Source: Octopus bimaculoides | Taxonomy: Eukaryota | Assembly: GCF_001194135.2 (NCBI RefSeq) | Contig: NC_068987.1 | Coordinates: 102,898,251-102,962,250 of the forward strand | Length of the DNA: 64,000 nt | Reading direction: 5' to 3' | Part shown: in pieces, positions 13,008 to 26,570 of the stretch | Numbering within the stretch: the first letter of the stretch is position 1 | How the letters are laid out: every line of letters starts with the position of its first letter | Translations under genes and position numbers: made by a program | The notes under the pieces: generated by a model | What the model saw: the letters and a program-made list of their open reading frames with translations, nothing else | Database searches by the model: none | Told to the model about the DNA's origin: nothing

Positions 13008-13059
<52 letters not shown>

Positions 13060-13344
13060 CGATCGACCAAATCCTCCTTGGAGATATATATGGTGTAAAT
13101 ATGAAAAATCTACAGAATCTGTGCACTACTTGTTAATAGCTTACGTTTTACGATTATGTATTTTCAGAGTTAATTTATATAATAATAAACACACATTAAG
13201 ATACATATAAATGGGTCTGCATGCGTATTAGTGTGAGTGTGTGACGGGATGTCTACATATAAGCTCAGAAAATGCATGTAATCTAGCACGTACATATCAG
13301 TGTTACTACATTCTATCATGATCATTACTTCTGTTGCTGCTTAC

Positions 13345-13394
<50 letters not shown>

Positions 13395-13419
13395 CACCAC
13401 CACCACCATCACCACCACC

Positions 13420-13454
<35 letters not shown>

Positions 13455-13888
13455 NNNNNNNNNNNNNNNNNNNNNNNNNNNNNNNNNNNNNNNNNNNNNN
13501 NNNNNNNNNNNNNNNNNNNNNNNNNNNNNNNNNNNNNNNNNNNNNNNNNNNNNNNNNNNNNNNNNNNNNNNNNNNNNNNNNNNNNNNNNNNNNNNNNNNN
13601 NNNNNNNNNNNNNNNNNNNNNNNNNNNNNNNNNNNNNNNNNNNNNNNNNNNNNNNNNNNNNNNNNNNNNNNNNNNNNNNNNNNNNNNNNNNNNNNNNNNN
13701 NNNNNNNNNNNNNNNNNNNNNNNNNNNNNNNNNNNNNNNNNNNNNNNNNNNNNNNNNNNNNNNNNNNNNNNNNNNNNNNNNNNNNNNNNNNNNNNNNNNN
13801 NNNNNTAGTAGCAGCAGCAGCAGTAGTAGTAGTAGTAGTAGTAGTAGTAACAGCAGTAGCAGCAGCAGCAACAGCAGCGGCATCAGCG

Positions 13889-13960
<72 letters not shown>

Positions 13961-13962
13961 AC
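13345..13962. repeat. (AGT)n/(AGC)n/(ACC)n microsatellite spanning a gap
   Basis: Directly visible on both sides of the N run 13455-13805. Confidence 0.95.
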
Positions 13963-14689
13963 TGTTGCTGCTGCAGGAGCACCTGAATTTTCGAAAGTCT
14001 TTTTCCTTGAGCTTCATGTTGCTGGTTATTCAAAAGGGGAATTCAGAGAAGCAGCATGCAAGAAAGACAGAAACATAATCGAAATAGAAATCACGTTTAT
14101 TGTGAGACATGATTCGTAGCCGATTAACGTTAGAAGATGTCTCAAAGACACTTGTGTTCAATTGACTTACGCAAAACATGTAATGCATTTCTGTATGCGT
14201 GTACATAGGCACATTATATTTTCATAACATGGGTAATATATATGTGAAGTTAACATTTCAGTAAGTGTTCGTTTCCTATATAATATATACACACTCTACT
14301 TCGTGTATAGAGTGACTTCTTGTGTGTACACGTGCATTCGCCATTTCATATTTATGTTTGTGTTGTGTGTGCGTGCGTGTAATTGTGTGCGTGCGTGTAA
14401 TTTTGTGTGCGTGTGCGCGTGTGTGCGTACGTACGTGTGTGTGTACGTACGTGTGTGTGCGCGAGTGTGTGCATATTCAATATGAATTGCATAAGAAGGT
14501 ATAAGCCAGACGCTGGAGGAGCTGGATGTGTTGCAGTTGATTCAGGGAATAACATTCAAGTAGAAGAAATGAATTCCTGATTGAGAAGGAAGCTAACGGT
14601 GATTATATTCGATATCCTTATGGGATATTACTGTCTGATAGTTCTTATAAATATGAACTGTTCTTATAAACTCGGAACAACATTTTATG

Positions 14690-17010
14690 TCTATGCATTT
14701 GGTGTATCAACATTTATATCAACCGGGAAATAGTGGCATACACACACGCTCTCAAATAATTAGTATCCTCATCATGGAAATATCGCAAATTCTATGGAGA
14801 GATAGTGGTTAAGTTGTAAGAGATAATCATTCGATGTTGTATTCTGGTGGTAAACTGCATACAAAAGGCTTGGGAATTAAAAGGAAGCTACCATAGAAAA
14901 CCATTTACTGAGTATTTGACAATATCGGATACAGTGATAAAAACGATGAAACACCATGGGAATACGTTTCAATATGAACATCATTCACTTATATATTTGT
15001 ATATCATTACATAGTGATGATGAGTTGAAAAAATTCTACCAACATATTGCGAATATAAGATAACAAAACCTGAATGATCCATATTCACAAGTCATTTTAA
15101 TGCATATGTAGGCAGAGAAAACACCTATCATAATAATTTTCGATATAGATTACATGAAAGAAATGAAAATAGTGACCGTCTGATCCGTTTTTTGTCAAAG
15201 AAATATTTTGGTAGACATCTACTTTCTATTTTAGGAACCACAAAGTATAATATGTAACATACCATGAAATGAAATAGACTATGTAATGATAAACCAACAA
15301 TTAGGATATTGAGCGAAATTTGCAAAATATGCCCTGGAGCAGATATCAATTAATTAAATTGTACATCAAACCAAAGAAACTGAAAATGGTTAAAAGATGA
15401 GAACAATTAAACTGAACAAGCTACAACTGACAGAATACAAGCTATGTAGAATGTATAAATAAGGAACAAGAATGGATATTTATATAATGAAGAAGAAATG
15501 GAGGAAGCTTTTAATAAAGAACAAATGGAAGATAAATAGAACGCAATTAAAACTTGCATGCAAACATAATTAATGAAAGCGTTGCCTAAAACGGGGAAAG
15601 GGAAAGGAAAACTCCTCGACAAATGAAATTCTATCAAAAATGGAAGGAAGAAAGAAATATGATACCGTTGGGGATAGACAGAGTTCTCTAAGTATAGAGA
15701 TCTTTACTGAAAGTTGAAAAAGCACAAACTAAATGGTTTGGTGATCAACGCCAAAAAAAATGACAAAACTTAATAAATCTAAATACATATATGATTAAAT
15801 TAATGAGATCACAAGTGGCAAATTCATGAATAAACAAATAACAAAATCAAGGAAATATTAACGATGAGCAGATTGCTCCTGTGTTGGTTGGATACATAAA
15901 AGAATTGTACGGTGATTATCACAGAAAACTTGTGCCTAATTTGGAATTTGCTAATGGAACCAAAAGTTTAATAAGAAGTGTGGAAAAGTAATGACGTCGA
16001 AGAAACATCGAAAGGCAACTCGTGCAAAATAAATACTTGCAAACGCATTAAACATATTTGATAACAGCATACGTCGAATAACAGACATTGGTAAAGTAAT
16101 GTATTCGTTTGACCACTTTGATGACCTCGAGGAAGTAATCTATCTATGTTTCTTTGCCAGGGAAAACAGAATTTCAAGACTGTCACAATACTTCAATCCT
16201 AAGTTAAATAGATAATGAAAGAATTGAAACAAGCACAAATGAACAAACAAATCTCTACCAAGGCCATCGATAAAATATACCGTGAAAAATGATTTTCTAG
16301 AAATCAAGATATGCGATTAAATTAAGATTCCAAATAATGCTAAAATTTTGCTGAATGTAAACTTTAATGGAAAATACAACCATAAAAAGAAATGCAAAAT
16401 TTCATACTAAGAAGGAATTCAGGCAAGTCAGTTTACTATTTTTAGCGTACTTAAACTAATCACAGATAAGATCATCAGAGAAATAAAAGACATACCAGGG
16501 GTGTCAATAGGATGTAAGAAAATCATCCATGTTAGAAATGCAGACGACATTAGCCCTCAAATTTCTAATGGTTATAACATACAAAGCATTGTAACTACAC
16601 TTGTAGCAACACTAAATGACATAGGAATATCGTATTGAATGAAAATAAAATGGAAAAAAAAAAAGGAAAAATCACTGGTAATGAGCAAGAAACAATTACC
16701 AGAATTATATATTACAATAAGGAGATACAATTGGAAAGACACATTATACGACGTTAGAAAATAAGATATATGAAGAGAAAATCAAAAGAAAGATTCAAAG
16801 ACTTAGCTGAAAGATTGAAAGACCTAGCAATGTTCAACAATAGCACAAAGTCATTAATATGGAAATTAGAAAAGATTACGAAAATATGGTATATAATCCA
16901 CGATATAAAACTAAAGCATGGATATAAAGAAAAAGATTATAAGATAGATTAGAAACCTCTCAAATGTGAGCATAGAGAAAATTTGAGAATATATCGGCAG
17001 AAATATATCA
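14690..17010 (+). mobile_element. Highly decayed RTE-clade LINE (AP endonuclease plus RT remnants)
   Basis: Fragments translate to ...LWRDSG*VVRDNHSMLYSGGKLHTKGLG, HSDDELKKFY, FNAYVGRE, RNENSDRLIRF and NEIDYVMIN (APE-like), then KIIREIKDIPGVSIGCKKIIHVRNADDI (YADD region). Many stops and frameshifts. Confidence 0.75.
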
Positions 17011-17814
17011 ATGATGAAGCAGATCAACTACGCCTTAATATTCCATACGTTACGATATATCGTACGATAGATTATAATGGAAAGCGTGTTGTAAATGGTG
17101 CTTAAAGATGAATGCGAGGCACTAATGTTCACATAGTACATCGTAATTTGCGTAAATGTTTAAGTGTTTCCTGCATGTAATTACAAATTCGAAGTTAGAA
17201 CTATGACTAAAGAGCAAGATGTTCAATTAAACGAAATAAGATACGTGCACAGGTAGCTATTTCATCGAATGTCTGCGATAATGTCGTGAAAGAACACTAA
17301 CTACAATGGTTTAATGTACTAAATCAGGGTTACGTTAGATCAGGGTTACGTTAGAAGGTGTTATCCCGTGGCTCCAAGCAGCGGGTCTAAAAAAGGAACC
17401 ATGTGGTTGTGAAGGAATCTTCTTACCACATATCCACGCCTCTCTCAATGTACATATTGCTATGAATAGTAATGACTTTCCTATATTTCTTAAACCGAGC
17501 TTCTGCCATGTAAATTAATTATGCAATTCTTTTAACAATCATGATAATATGAATTCATTTTTGCCGTGTTTCCTCTTCATTCTTTCTTGTTGTTGTTTTT
17601 TTTACCGTAACCACTTGTCGACCCAACAGTTGTGAGAATATAGGTCGGAAGAAAGTGCGGAGAAACTGTTGAATGGACTGTATTTCCAATTAAGATGGAG
17701 AACCTCCTTACACTGTCATCCTAATTCCGTCCGAACTGTAGCATGAGGTTGCAAATGCCTGTGGAATACTAAACCACTTATAATATACGTCAATCAAGAA
17801 GCACGTTTTTCGTA

Positions 17815-17975
17815 TGTCTTTACGTTCTGAGTCTAAATTCCGCCAAGGTCGTCTTTGCTTTTCATCTTTTCGGGGGTCGATAAATTAAGTACCAGTTGCG
17901 TACTGGATCGATCTAATCGAATGGCTTCCGCCCCCAAAATTTCGGGCCTTGGGCCTATAGTACAAAAGAATAAGT
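17815..17975 (+). mobile_element. SINE family A copy
   Basis: 'tacgttctgagtctaaattccgccaaggtcgtctttgcttttcatcttttcgggggtcgataaattaagtaccagttgcgtactgg' is the reverse complement of the 385-990 units. Confidence 0.8.
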
Positions 17976-18306
17976 AAGCACTTTACTTCATCGAGAAACT
18001 GGAATATTCATCGTTGAAAAGTATGAAAACCCATTTGATTTAAACGGCCGTGCAAATGTGTGCACCGCAATGTATTTATTTAAGCAAGTATATATAAATA
18101 TATATGATTAAATGCATGTAGGTACGTATGTATCTAAGTATGCGCTGGCAATGTCAGACAAGAAAACATTTTATGTCTGGACGCTATTTTCAATTTTACT
18201 CGTGTGTTGTAATTATTCTGAGGGGCAAAGCTATATTTTTACGACCTGACTGATAGCCCAACTCGAGATTTTTGGTCGTAAAACAGTAAAACATAATCAG
18301 AAATTA

Positions 18307-18362
<56 letters not shown>

Positions 18363-19846
18363 GATCCAGTCATTCTGGTTTTTATGGATGTATTGTTGAT
18401 ATACTTCCCACTACTTCTTCGCTTCTCTCAACCGCTAATGATATNNNNNNNNNNNNNNNNNNNNNNNNNNNNNNNNNNNNNNNNNNNNNNNNNNNNNNNN
18501 NNNNNNNNNNNNNNNNNNNNNNNNNNNNNNNNNNNNNNNNNNNNNNNNNNNNNNNNNNNNNNNNNNNNNNNNNNNNNNNNNNNNNNNNNNNNNNNNNNNN
18601 NNNNNNNNNNNNNNNNNNNNNNNNNNNNNNNNNNNNNNNNNNNNNNNNNNNNNNNNNNNNNNNNNNNNNNNNNNNNNNNNNNNNNNNNNNNNNNNNNNNN
18701 NNNNNNNNNNNNNNNNNNNNNNNNNNNNNNNNNNNNNNNNNNNNNNNNNNNNNNNNNNNNNNNNNNNNNNNNNNNNNNNNNNNNNNNNNNNNNNNNNNNN
18801 NNNNNNNNNNNNNNNNNNNNNNNNNNNNNNNNNNNNNNNNNNNNNNNNNNNNNNNNNNNNNNNNNNNNNNNNNNNNNNNNNNNNNNNNNNNNNNNNNNNN
18901 NNNNNNNNNNNNNNNNNNNNNNNNNNNNNNNNNNNNNNNNNNNNNNNNNNNNNNNNNNNNNNNNNNNNNNNNNNNNNNNNNNNNNNNNNNNNNNNNNNNN
19001 NNNNNNNNNNNNNNNNNNNNNNNNNNNNNNNNNNNNNNNNNNNNNNNNNNNNNNNNNNNNNNNNNNNNNNNNNNNNNNNNNNNNNNNNTATATATACATG
19101 TCTATACATACAAACACACGCACATGTATATACATGTTCACACACATACAAGCACACTCACACATATATCTGTTTATATATGACGAAAAGTGTTTGTATG
19201 CATGTGTACGAGTGGCGGCATGTGTATAAGTCTATCACGGTATATTTATATTTATGAGCGCGTATTTGCGGGTGAGTGCAAATAACGATAGCGGAGAGAT
19301 GGAAGCTTAGTGTTAGACAAGTCAGCCCCATGGAGGAATGTATCATAAAAAAGGGGTAAGGAATGAGAGAGAAAGAGTGAACAAGAAGACGTAAAGATAT
19401 GTTTTGCGGTTGCAAAAAGTCACGTCATATTAGCAACTTTCTTTTTATTCATTAGTGGTATGTTACTCTTTTCTGAGTTGTCTTAGTATGTTTCTTGTAA
19501 AATGTTATTTAAGATGTCTCAGTGGTTTTTATAGTTATTGCTTTCAATCTTGTAAGTTTTGCTATATATGATATATGTTTTCTTTTGCGTTTATCTATTG
19601 GCAGTAGATTGTTTTCTTGTTTATTATTAGTATTATTTTATTCTTTATTTTGTCTTTCGCTCGTGTCATTTCGCATGTTTAAGAGGTACTAAATATGTAG
19701 CTGAGACGTGTGAACGCATGTGCATGCTTATACAATGATACATGCATATTTATATAAATGCATTTGTATATATTTACATATATATACACACACACATACA
19801 TATATATATATGTATGTATGTAAGTATATGTATACGTGTCTGTGTG

Positions 19847-19891
<45 letters not shown>

Positions 19892-20021
19892 NNNNNNNNN
19901 NNNNNNNNNNNNNNNNNNNNNNNNNNNNNNNNNNNNNNNNNNNNNNNNNNNNNNNNNNNNNNNNNNNNNNNNNNNNNNNNNNNNNNNNNNNNNGACAGAG
20001 AGAGAGGGCGATTCATAGACA

Positions 20022-20074
<53 letters not shown>

Positions 20075-20673
20075 AAGATAGATAGATAGATAGATAAAGA
20101 AGAGCCTTTTAAATTAATGATGATAATATTAGATTGATATTACTTTGTAACTCTGCTTATATATTAAAACCGAAAAAGGTGATGATCTACACACTTACAA
20201 TCGAAAACTCGTTTTTCTTACGGTAGTGGAGTGTTAAAATGAACATACAAAAGACATATGGATCTCATAAACGGAATAAGCATTTTGAGATTCAAACATA
20301 TAATACTAGCACTTAAAATTGAAATTCTCACATTTAAGCACGCAAATCAGTTACATCTACCAACGTTTAAATTTCATATCCTGCAGATCAGACGGTGAAA
20401 AGCAAAAGGCATTCATTATAAATTTTGGAAATTAATTGTTCCAAGCGACTCGGAAAATATGGGTGAAAGAAAATTAATTAAATGAATGAGACTACAATAC
20501 ATACTTGAAGATAAACTTACATATAATACTTGTACGTATATATATATATACATATATATACAGACGCAAAATGCATGCATATATGTACACAGAGAAACAC
20601 ACGCTTACACAAACATTAACATGTGTCTCATTTATATATGATTGTGTGTCTGCGCGTGTGAGAATGATTGTTA

Positions 20674-20717
<44 letters not shown>

Positions 20718-20886
20718 NNNNNNNNNNNNNNNNNNNNNNNNNNNNNNNNNNNNNNNNNNNNNNNNNNNNNNNNNNNNNNNNNNNNNNNNNNNNNNNNNNN
20801 NNNNNNNNNNNNNNNNNNNNNNNNNNNNNNNNNNNNNNNNNTATATATACATATACCAACACACATCTGAATATGTGTATATATGC

Positions 20887-20940
<54 letters not shown>

Positions 20941-20959
20941 ATGTGTGTGTGTGCGTGCT

Positions 20960-21270
20960 TGCGTGTGTTATCGGGTACTTAGCCTGGACCGCTAAGTGAC
21001 GGGTATATAAACACACCATCATTGGTTGTCACGTGGTGGGGAGGGGAGAAACGCAGACACAAAGCCAAACGCACACACATACACCCGTACACACATATAT
21101 ATATGTATATATATATACACACAAACACACGATGGCTTCTTTCCCGTTTCTGCCTATCAAAGCCATATACGAGGTTTTTATGCTATAGAAAACACCTGTC
21201 CAGATGTCACGTAGTGAGAATGACCACAAAGCCACGTGGTTTGGAAACAAACTACTTACCACACAGCCTC
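20960..21270 (-). mobile_element. SINE family B copy
   Basis: 'cgatggcttctttcccgtttctgcctatcaaagcc...ccacgtggtttggaaacaaactacttaccacacagcc' is the reverse of the family B head and core, with an internal microsatellite. Confidence 0.6.
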
Positions 21271-22533
21271 GTTTGCACTTCCATACACACACGCACAAAC
21301 ACACACATACACACGCATATATATGTATAGGTATATATATATGAAAAATACTGATAAAAGATGATAATGCGTCAATATTACATACATACATACATACAAA
21401 CATGCATACATACAAACATACATACATACAAACATACATGCATACATACATACATACATAATACATACATACATACATTCCAGAGGTGACTCCAGGTCAT
21501 AAGTGTCACTCGGGCTCGTGAAGGATTTCCTCACTCGGACTCATCACAGATTTCGCATGAGACACATGCTTACTCGAAGTATTTCACGTTTTTTAGCAAT
21601 ATTTTTAGCCCCAAAATACTTATTTTTTTATGTCTAGCACTTTTTCTTTCTCCTTTTCTACGTAAAGAGTAAAAAAAAAGCAGCCCAGAAAAACACAACT
21701 GATCTTTGCACAGAGACGCACAGAATTACAACAATCAAATAACGACAGCAGAGAGCAGAACAAACATCGGCGATCTGACTGTTAGCTGTTCTCTTGACAA
21801 GAGATGCCAGTTAGTTTTTTTACACCTACCAGTCTTGTTCGTATTAGCCCGAGTTGCTGGATAATTCTTCGTTCTTTTAAGAATATTGTTCAACGTAAAC
21901 TTTTCATAGATTGGAATTTAAATCCTAATCTCTATAGAAATTTATTGTTTCAAGAAAAAAATTGAATTTGAATTACTTTTAATTTTTGCGATTATAGATA
22001 ACAGTTCAGGTTGTAACTTCTGAAACCGAGTCAGGCGTGTGTGAACGATGTCGGGAGAACGCCTGTCACGAATGATATATTTTGAGACAGGGCACCTCTA
22101 AGATGACCACCAGATGCTGAAAAAAATNNNNNNNNNNNNNNNNNNNNNNNNNNNNNNNNNNNNNNNNNNNNNNNNNNNNNNNNNNNNNNNNNNNNNNNNN
22201 NNNNNNNNNNNNNNNNNNNNNNNNNNNNNNNNNNNNNNNNNNNNNNNNNNNNNNNNNNNNNNNNNNNNNNNNNNNNNNNNNNNNNNNNNNNNNNNNNNNN
22301 NNNNNNNNNNNNNNNNNNNNNNNNNNNNNNNNNNNNNNNNNNNNNNNNNNNNNNNNNNNNNNNNNNNNNNNNNNNNNNNNNNNNNNNNNNNNNNNNNNNN
22401 NNNNNNNNNNNNNNNNNNNNNNNNNNNNNNNNNNNNNNNNNNNNNNNNNNNNNNNNNNNNNNNNNNNNNNNNNNNNNNNNNNNNNNNNNNNNNNNNNNNN
22501 NNNNNNNNNNNNNNNNNNNNNNNNNNNNNNNNN

Positions 22534-22588
<55 letters not shown>

Positions 22589-22629
22589 GAAAGAAGAGAG
22601 TTTGTAGTGATGTACTGATATTGTATATT

Positions 22630-24200
22630 GAGAATACTAAGGTAGTCAGAAAGTTTGATGATTATGTATATATATTTGCATATTATTGTATCTTATGTAC
22701 ACTTTTAGCGCTTTCTTTCGTTACCGGATTTATCAAAAAGTGGTTTAACGTTAGAGGTAAATAGGTGTGGATTTTGTACTGGTATGGTCAGACTTCTTTG
22801 CTTAGTACTCAGTGGTCATTTAGGGTGGGGAAGGAAGAAGGAGTTTTGTATTTAAATTAGTCATGGTTTTAATTGAGAAACCAGATGTTGCTTTTGACTT
22901 CCTTCAGTAAAAAGTTATAATTGCATCTCCATATTTGGTTTCTTTAATATTTTGTATTCATTAATGTAGGGGGATGTTGAGAGGTGTGCTTTTCGCATTT
23001 GTGTGGTTAAAGTTTTGTACTGGTCAAATGTTTTTAATTGTTAAAGATGATCTCAAACCATTGTTAAAATCTTTTTTTACCACATTGTGTCTGGACCTTG
23101 CAAAACACTCCTGATTCCGAAACTGCATAAGAACGGCTGCTTTTTCTCTTTTGTACTTAACACTGTTCTTTCCTTTAGATAATTCTACGTTGGAGCTTTA
23201 AAATATATTCAAAGCAAAACAGCCAACTAGAAATAGATAAATTTGGAAATATAATTGTGACAGCATTCTGTTTTGCTTTTTAAAAAATTTCATTATGAAG
23301 TTTGAAGGTCAAATACTCGGACAAAATCAAGAGTCATGGTTAAAATTACCAAAAGTTTCAAAATGTACTTAACCACAGAGATGAACCTTCAATTATATTA
23401 ACTAATTATTTTGTTAAAAATCATGATGTGTACTTATGTGTGTATGGTGAGTATGTGTGCACAAATATGAACCTGTACATATATAGATGTCCTTGAGTGT
23501 GTGTGTGTATGTGTGTATATATATATAATTGTTGTGTGAGTGTATAGTGAACTGAAAAATAACTCTTTCGAAAACATCTCAAATTTCAATGAAGTAAAAT
23601 TTACCACATCCATACAACTATTCTTTAATGAGTACAAAAGAACAAGACTTGGAAATGAAATTACAATTTTTACTGAAGAGATTCAGAAACACCATCTGGT
23701 TTTCCAATTAAAAACATTTGACCAGCACAAACATTTAACCAGACTAATATGAAAACCGCACCTCTTTACCTTTTCCACATTAAAGAATACAAAGGAATAG
23801 AGAAACAAGATATAGAAATGTAATTATAATATTTACTGAAGAAAGTCAAAAGCAACGTCTGGTTTTTTCAATTAAAACGTTGACTAATTCAAATGCAAAA
23901 ATTATTTTTCTTTCCCCAACCTAAAAGCCACTAATTACTAAACAAACAAACCTGAGTATACCAGTTCAGAAGCCACGCTTCTTTGCCTCCCTATTTCTCA
24001 AAAAAGCCTTTTCTTCTTTCTTCTCCTTTGCTTCGCAGATCCCACAAAATATTCTTATATATAAAAAGGTCAAGAAATTTAACTTTAAATCACGTTTTGA
24101 TAAATCCGGTAATGGGAAAAAGCGCTAAAAGTGTAAATAAATATAATAAAATGTAAAAAATATATATAATCATCCAACAATCCGACTACCTTATTATTCT
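22630..24200. repeat. Long diverged inverted repeat (foldback-like), arms about 22630-23045 and 23700-24200
   Basis: The reverse complement of the left arm ('aattaaaaacatttgaccag...ttactgaaggaagtcaaaagcaacatctgg...gataaatccggtaa...aaagcgctaaaagtgta...gactaccttagtattct') aligns collinearly with the right arm. Confidence 0.85.
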
Positions 24201-24739
24201 ATATATATATATATATATATATGTATNNNNNNNNNNNNNNNNNNNNNNNNNNNNNNNNNNNNNNNNNNNNNNNNNNNNNNNNNNNNNNNNNNNNNNNNNN
24301 NNNNNNNNNNNNNNNNNNNNNNNNNNNNNNNNNNNNNNNNNNNNNNNNNNNNNNNNNNNNNNNNNNNNNNNNNNNNNNNNNNNNNNNNNNNNNNNNNNNN
24401 NNNNNNNNNNNNNNNNNNNNNNNNNNNNNNNNNNNNNNNNNNNNNNNNNNNNNNNNNNNNNNNNNNNNNNNNNNNNNNNNNNNNNNNNNNNNNNNNNNNN
24501 NNNNNNNNNNNNNNNNNNNNNNNNNNNNNNNNNNNNNNNNNTATATATATATATATATATATGAGACGCGACTACAACCAGCATCATTTTGCTATGGCTA
24601 TGAGCGAAATGTCTTCTATATAACTTGGAGTTCTATTATGTCACCTGATGAGGTATTTCTGCACGGTGGGGTCCATTGGAATACATCATATCATTCCTAG
24701 GTCGTCGTGATTTATTACAGCATACTCTGTCTTCCGTAT

Positions 24740-25330
24740 GAATTACTTAGGATACATATATAATTTCCTCCTCATTTGTATGGTCGCACTTCGAATATTG
24801 TTGCTCCCTGTGTCTCTCCACACAAAACAAAGCATTTCGGAAATTAAATCACCCCAGAGGCCATTCAATAAAAGAATAAGGGCATGACTGATCTCGATTA
24901 TTTGGACCGCATCAAAGAATTGAAACTCCATTATTTCCAGCGCCACCATGAGCGATCCGTCATTTACACGATGTCGAGAATATACCACCAACATTGCCCA
25001 AACGACCTCAACTTTAGCTTCAAAATTCATCCCTAACCCAATCCAGGTTTACAACACATAAACACACCGCAATACAATTTTATTTCCTCACCTGGCCCTG
25101 CTCTATATAATATTGTCCCGAAACAGATCAAAGAGGAACAGGATCCCATCACCTTTCCATCGAAGCTGCACACATTTCTTCAAGGAATAGCAGACAAGCC
25201 ACTTTACCTGGATACAACTCACTCAACAAGAATAGACCATGATACCACAAAACTTGACTTTAAAAGGATTTAGCTAAACCTATCAGGTGGTGCTATTAAG
25301 TTAGACATGATCTAGACCAATCTTTGGTCG
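24740..25330 (+). mobile_element. CR1-type LINE 3' fragment
   Basis: SHFEYCCSL..., MTDLDYLDRIKELKLHYFQRHHER and GPALYNIVPKQIKEEQDPITF, matching the PHLEYC / LKELKLYSLQRRRER motifs at the CR1 RT C-terminus. Confidence 0.8.
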
Positions 25331-25344
25331 AAACATGAGAAAGA

Positions 25345-25790
25345 GCACTCCGTCGGTTACGACGACGAGGGTCCTAGCTGATCCGATCAACGGAACAGCT
25401 TGCCCGTGAAATTAACGTGCAAGTGACTGAGCAATCCACAGACACGTGTACCCTTAACGTAGTTCTCAGGGAGATTCAGCGTGACACAGAGTGTGACAAG
25501 GCCGGCCCTTTGAANNNNNNNNNNGCTCGTGAAATTAACGTGCAAGTGACTGAGCAATCCACAGACACGTGTACCCTTAACGTAGTTCTCAGGGAGATTC
25601 AGCGTGACACAGAGTGTGACAAGGCCGGCCCTTTGAAATACAGGTACTACGCATTTTTGCTAGCTGAGTGGACTGGAGCAGCGTGAAATAAAGTGTCTTG
25701 CTCAAGGACACAGCGCGTCGCCGGGAATTGAACTCAATACTTTACGATCGTGAGCCGAATGCCCTAACCACTGAGCCACGCGCCTTCACT
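25345..25790 (-). mobile_element. tRNA-derived SINE (family C1) with CORE-like segment and RTE-like tail
   Basis: Minus strand: GGCGCGTGGCTCAGTGGTTAGGGC (A box), GAGTTCAATTCCCGG (B box), TGTCCTTGAGCAAGACACTTTA (CORE-like), then a tail ending ...CGTCGTAACCGACGGAGTGC. Contains a 10-N gap with a false duplication. Confidence 0.85.
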
Positions 25791-26009
25791 CGAAACATAA
25801 CTAAAGTATATATGTGTGTGGGTGTGTGTGTGTGTGTGTGTGTATGTGTGTGTGTGTGTATTTATACATATATATTTACACATATATACATATGTATCTA
25901 TATATATATATGTATGTATATATATAGAGAGAGAGATACACATATGTATGTATCTATGTATGCATGCATGTATGCATGTGTATGTATGTACCGCTACGTT
26001 AAAACATGT

Positions 26010-26570
26010 TTAACAGTTCTGACAGCTTGCCGTCTTGAGATCTTAATAAGAATAAGATAAAAGAACTTGGATAGAATAGTATATTCAGTACAATAATCAG
26101 CCTTAAGTGTTACATGTTATTGCTCTCATTAGGTTCAATAACACGTATCGCTGTAATACTGTCCATACTTAAGTAGAAATGTGAACACGGGTTCCACTTC
26201 GTTCATGTATATAAGAGAAGTGGAGAAAGAAAAAAGGTCTTAGGGTAGGAGGCAAAACCATCACCAACATAAAATAGACAGATAGCGCAATCTTATTTAC
26301 AGAACCGGAAAAGGAATTCCAAAGACATCTAGATGCAGCGACCAGAGGAAATGAGAGGAAGGGTCTGTTCATAAATTGCAAGAAGTCAGTGTGCATGATG
26401 GGGACAAAGATGTAAAACCCAAAGTACATGCTTAAAGTGAACAATCACATCATTAGGAAAGTATATCCTTCAGCTAACTTGGAACGTTGATCACAGGAGA
26501 CGCAAGATTTGCGGAGGACATCAAAAGCAGCATAAGCAGCTTGCGCCATAATTCTAGTTCGAAAATAAGC
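26010..26570 (+). mobile_element. RTE-clade RT fragment, copy 1 of a local duplication
   Basis: IREVEKEKGLRVGGKTITNIK*TDSAILFTEPEKEFQRHLD...RKGLFINCKKSVCM...LGTLITGDARFAEDIK. Confidence 0.8.

Noticed and set aside
12945-13035. (TG)n-TATTATA-(CA)n hairpin
   Set aside because: A simple juxtaposition of microsatellites next to a 10-N gap; its length is unreliable.
21500-21560. Hammerhead-like 'gtgatgagtccgagtgaggaaa' on the minus strand
   Set aside because: The core reads GUGAUGA and stem II cannot form while leaving GAAA free. More likely a LINE 3' end with an (ATGT)n tail.
25295-25330. GACC/GGTC hairpin followed by GAAAC at the CR1 3' end
   Set aside because: No CUGANGA upstream and no stem I, so this is probably the ordinary LINE 3' stem-loop.
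25700-25790. tRNA gene (also about 33110-33180)
   Set aside because: The A/B boxes belong to SINE heads and continue into SINE bodies. No convincing cloverleaf.
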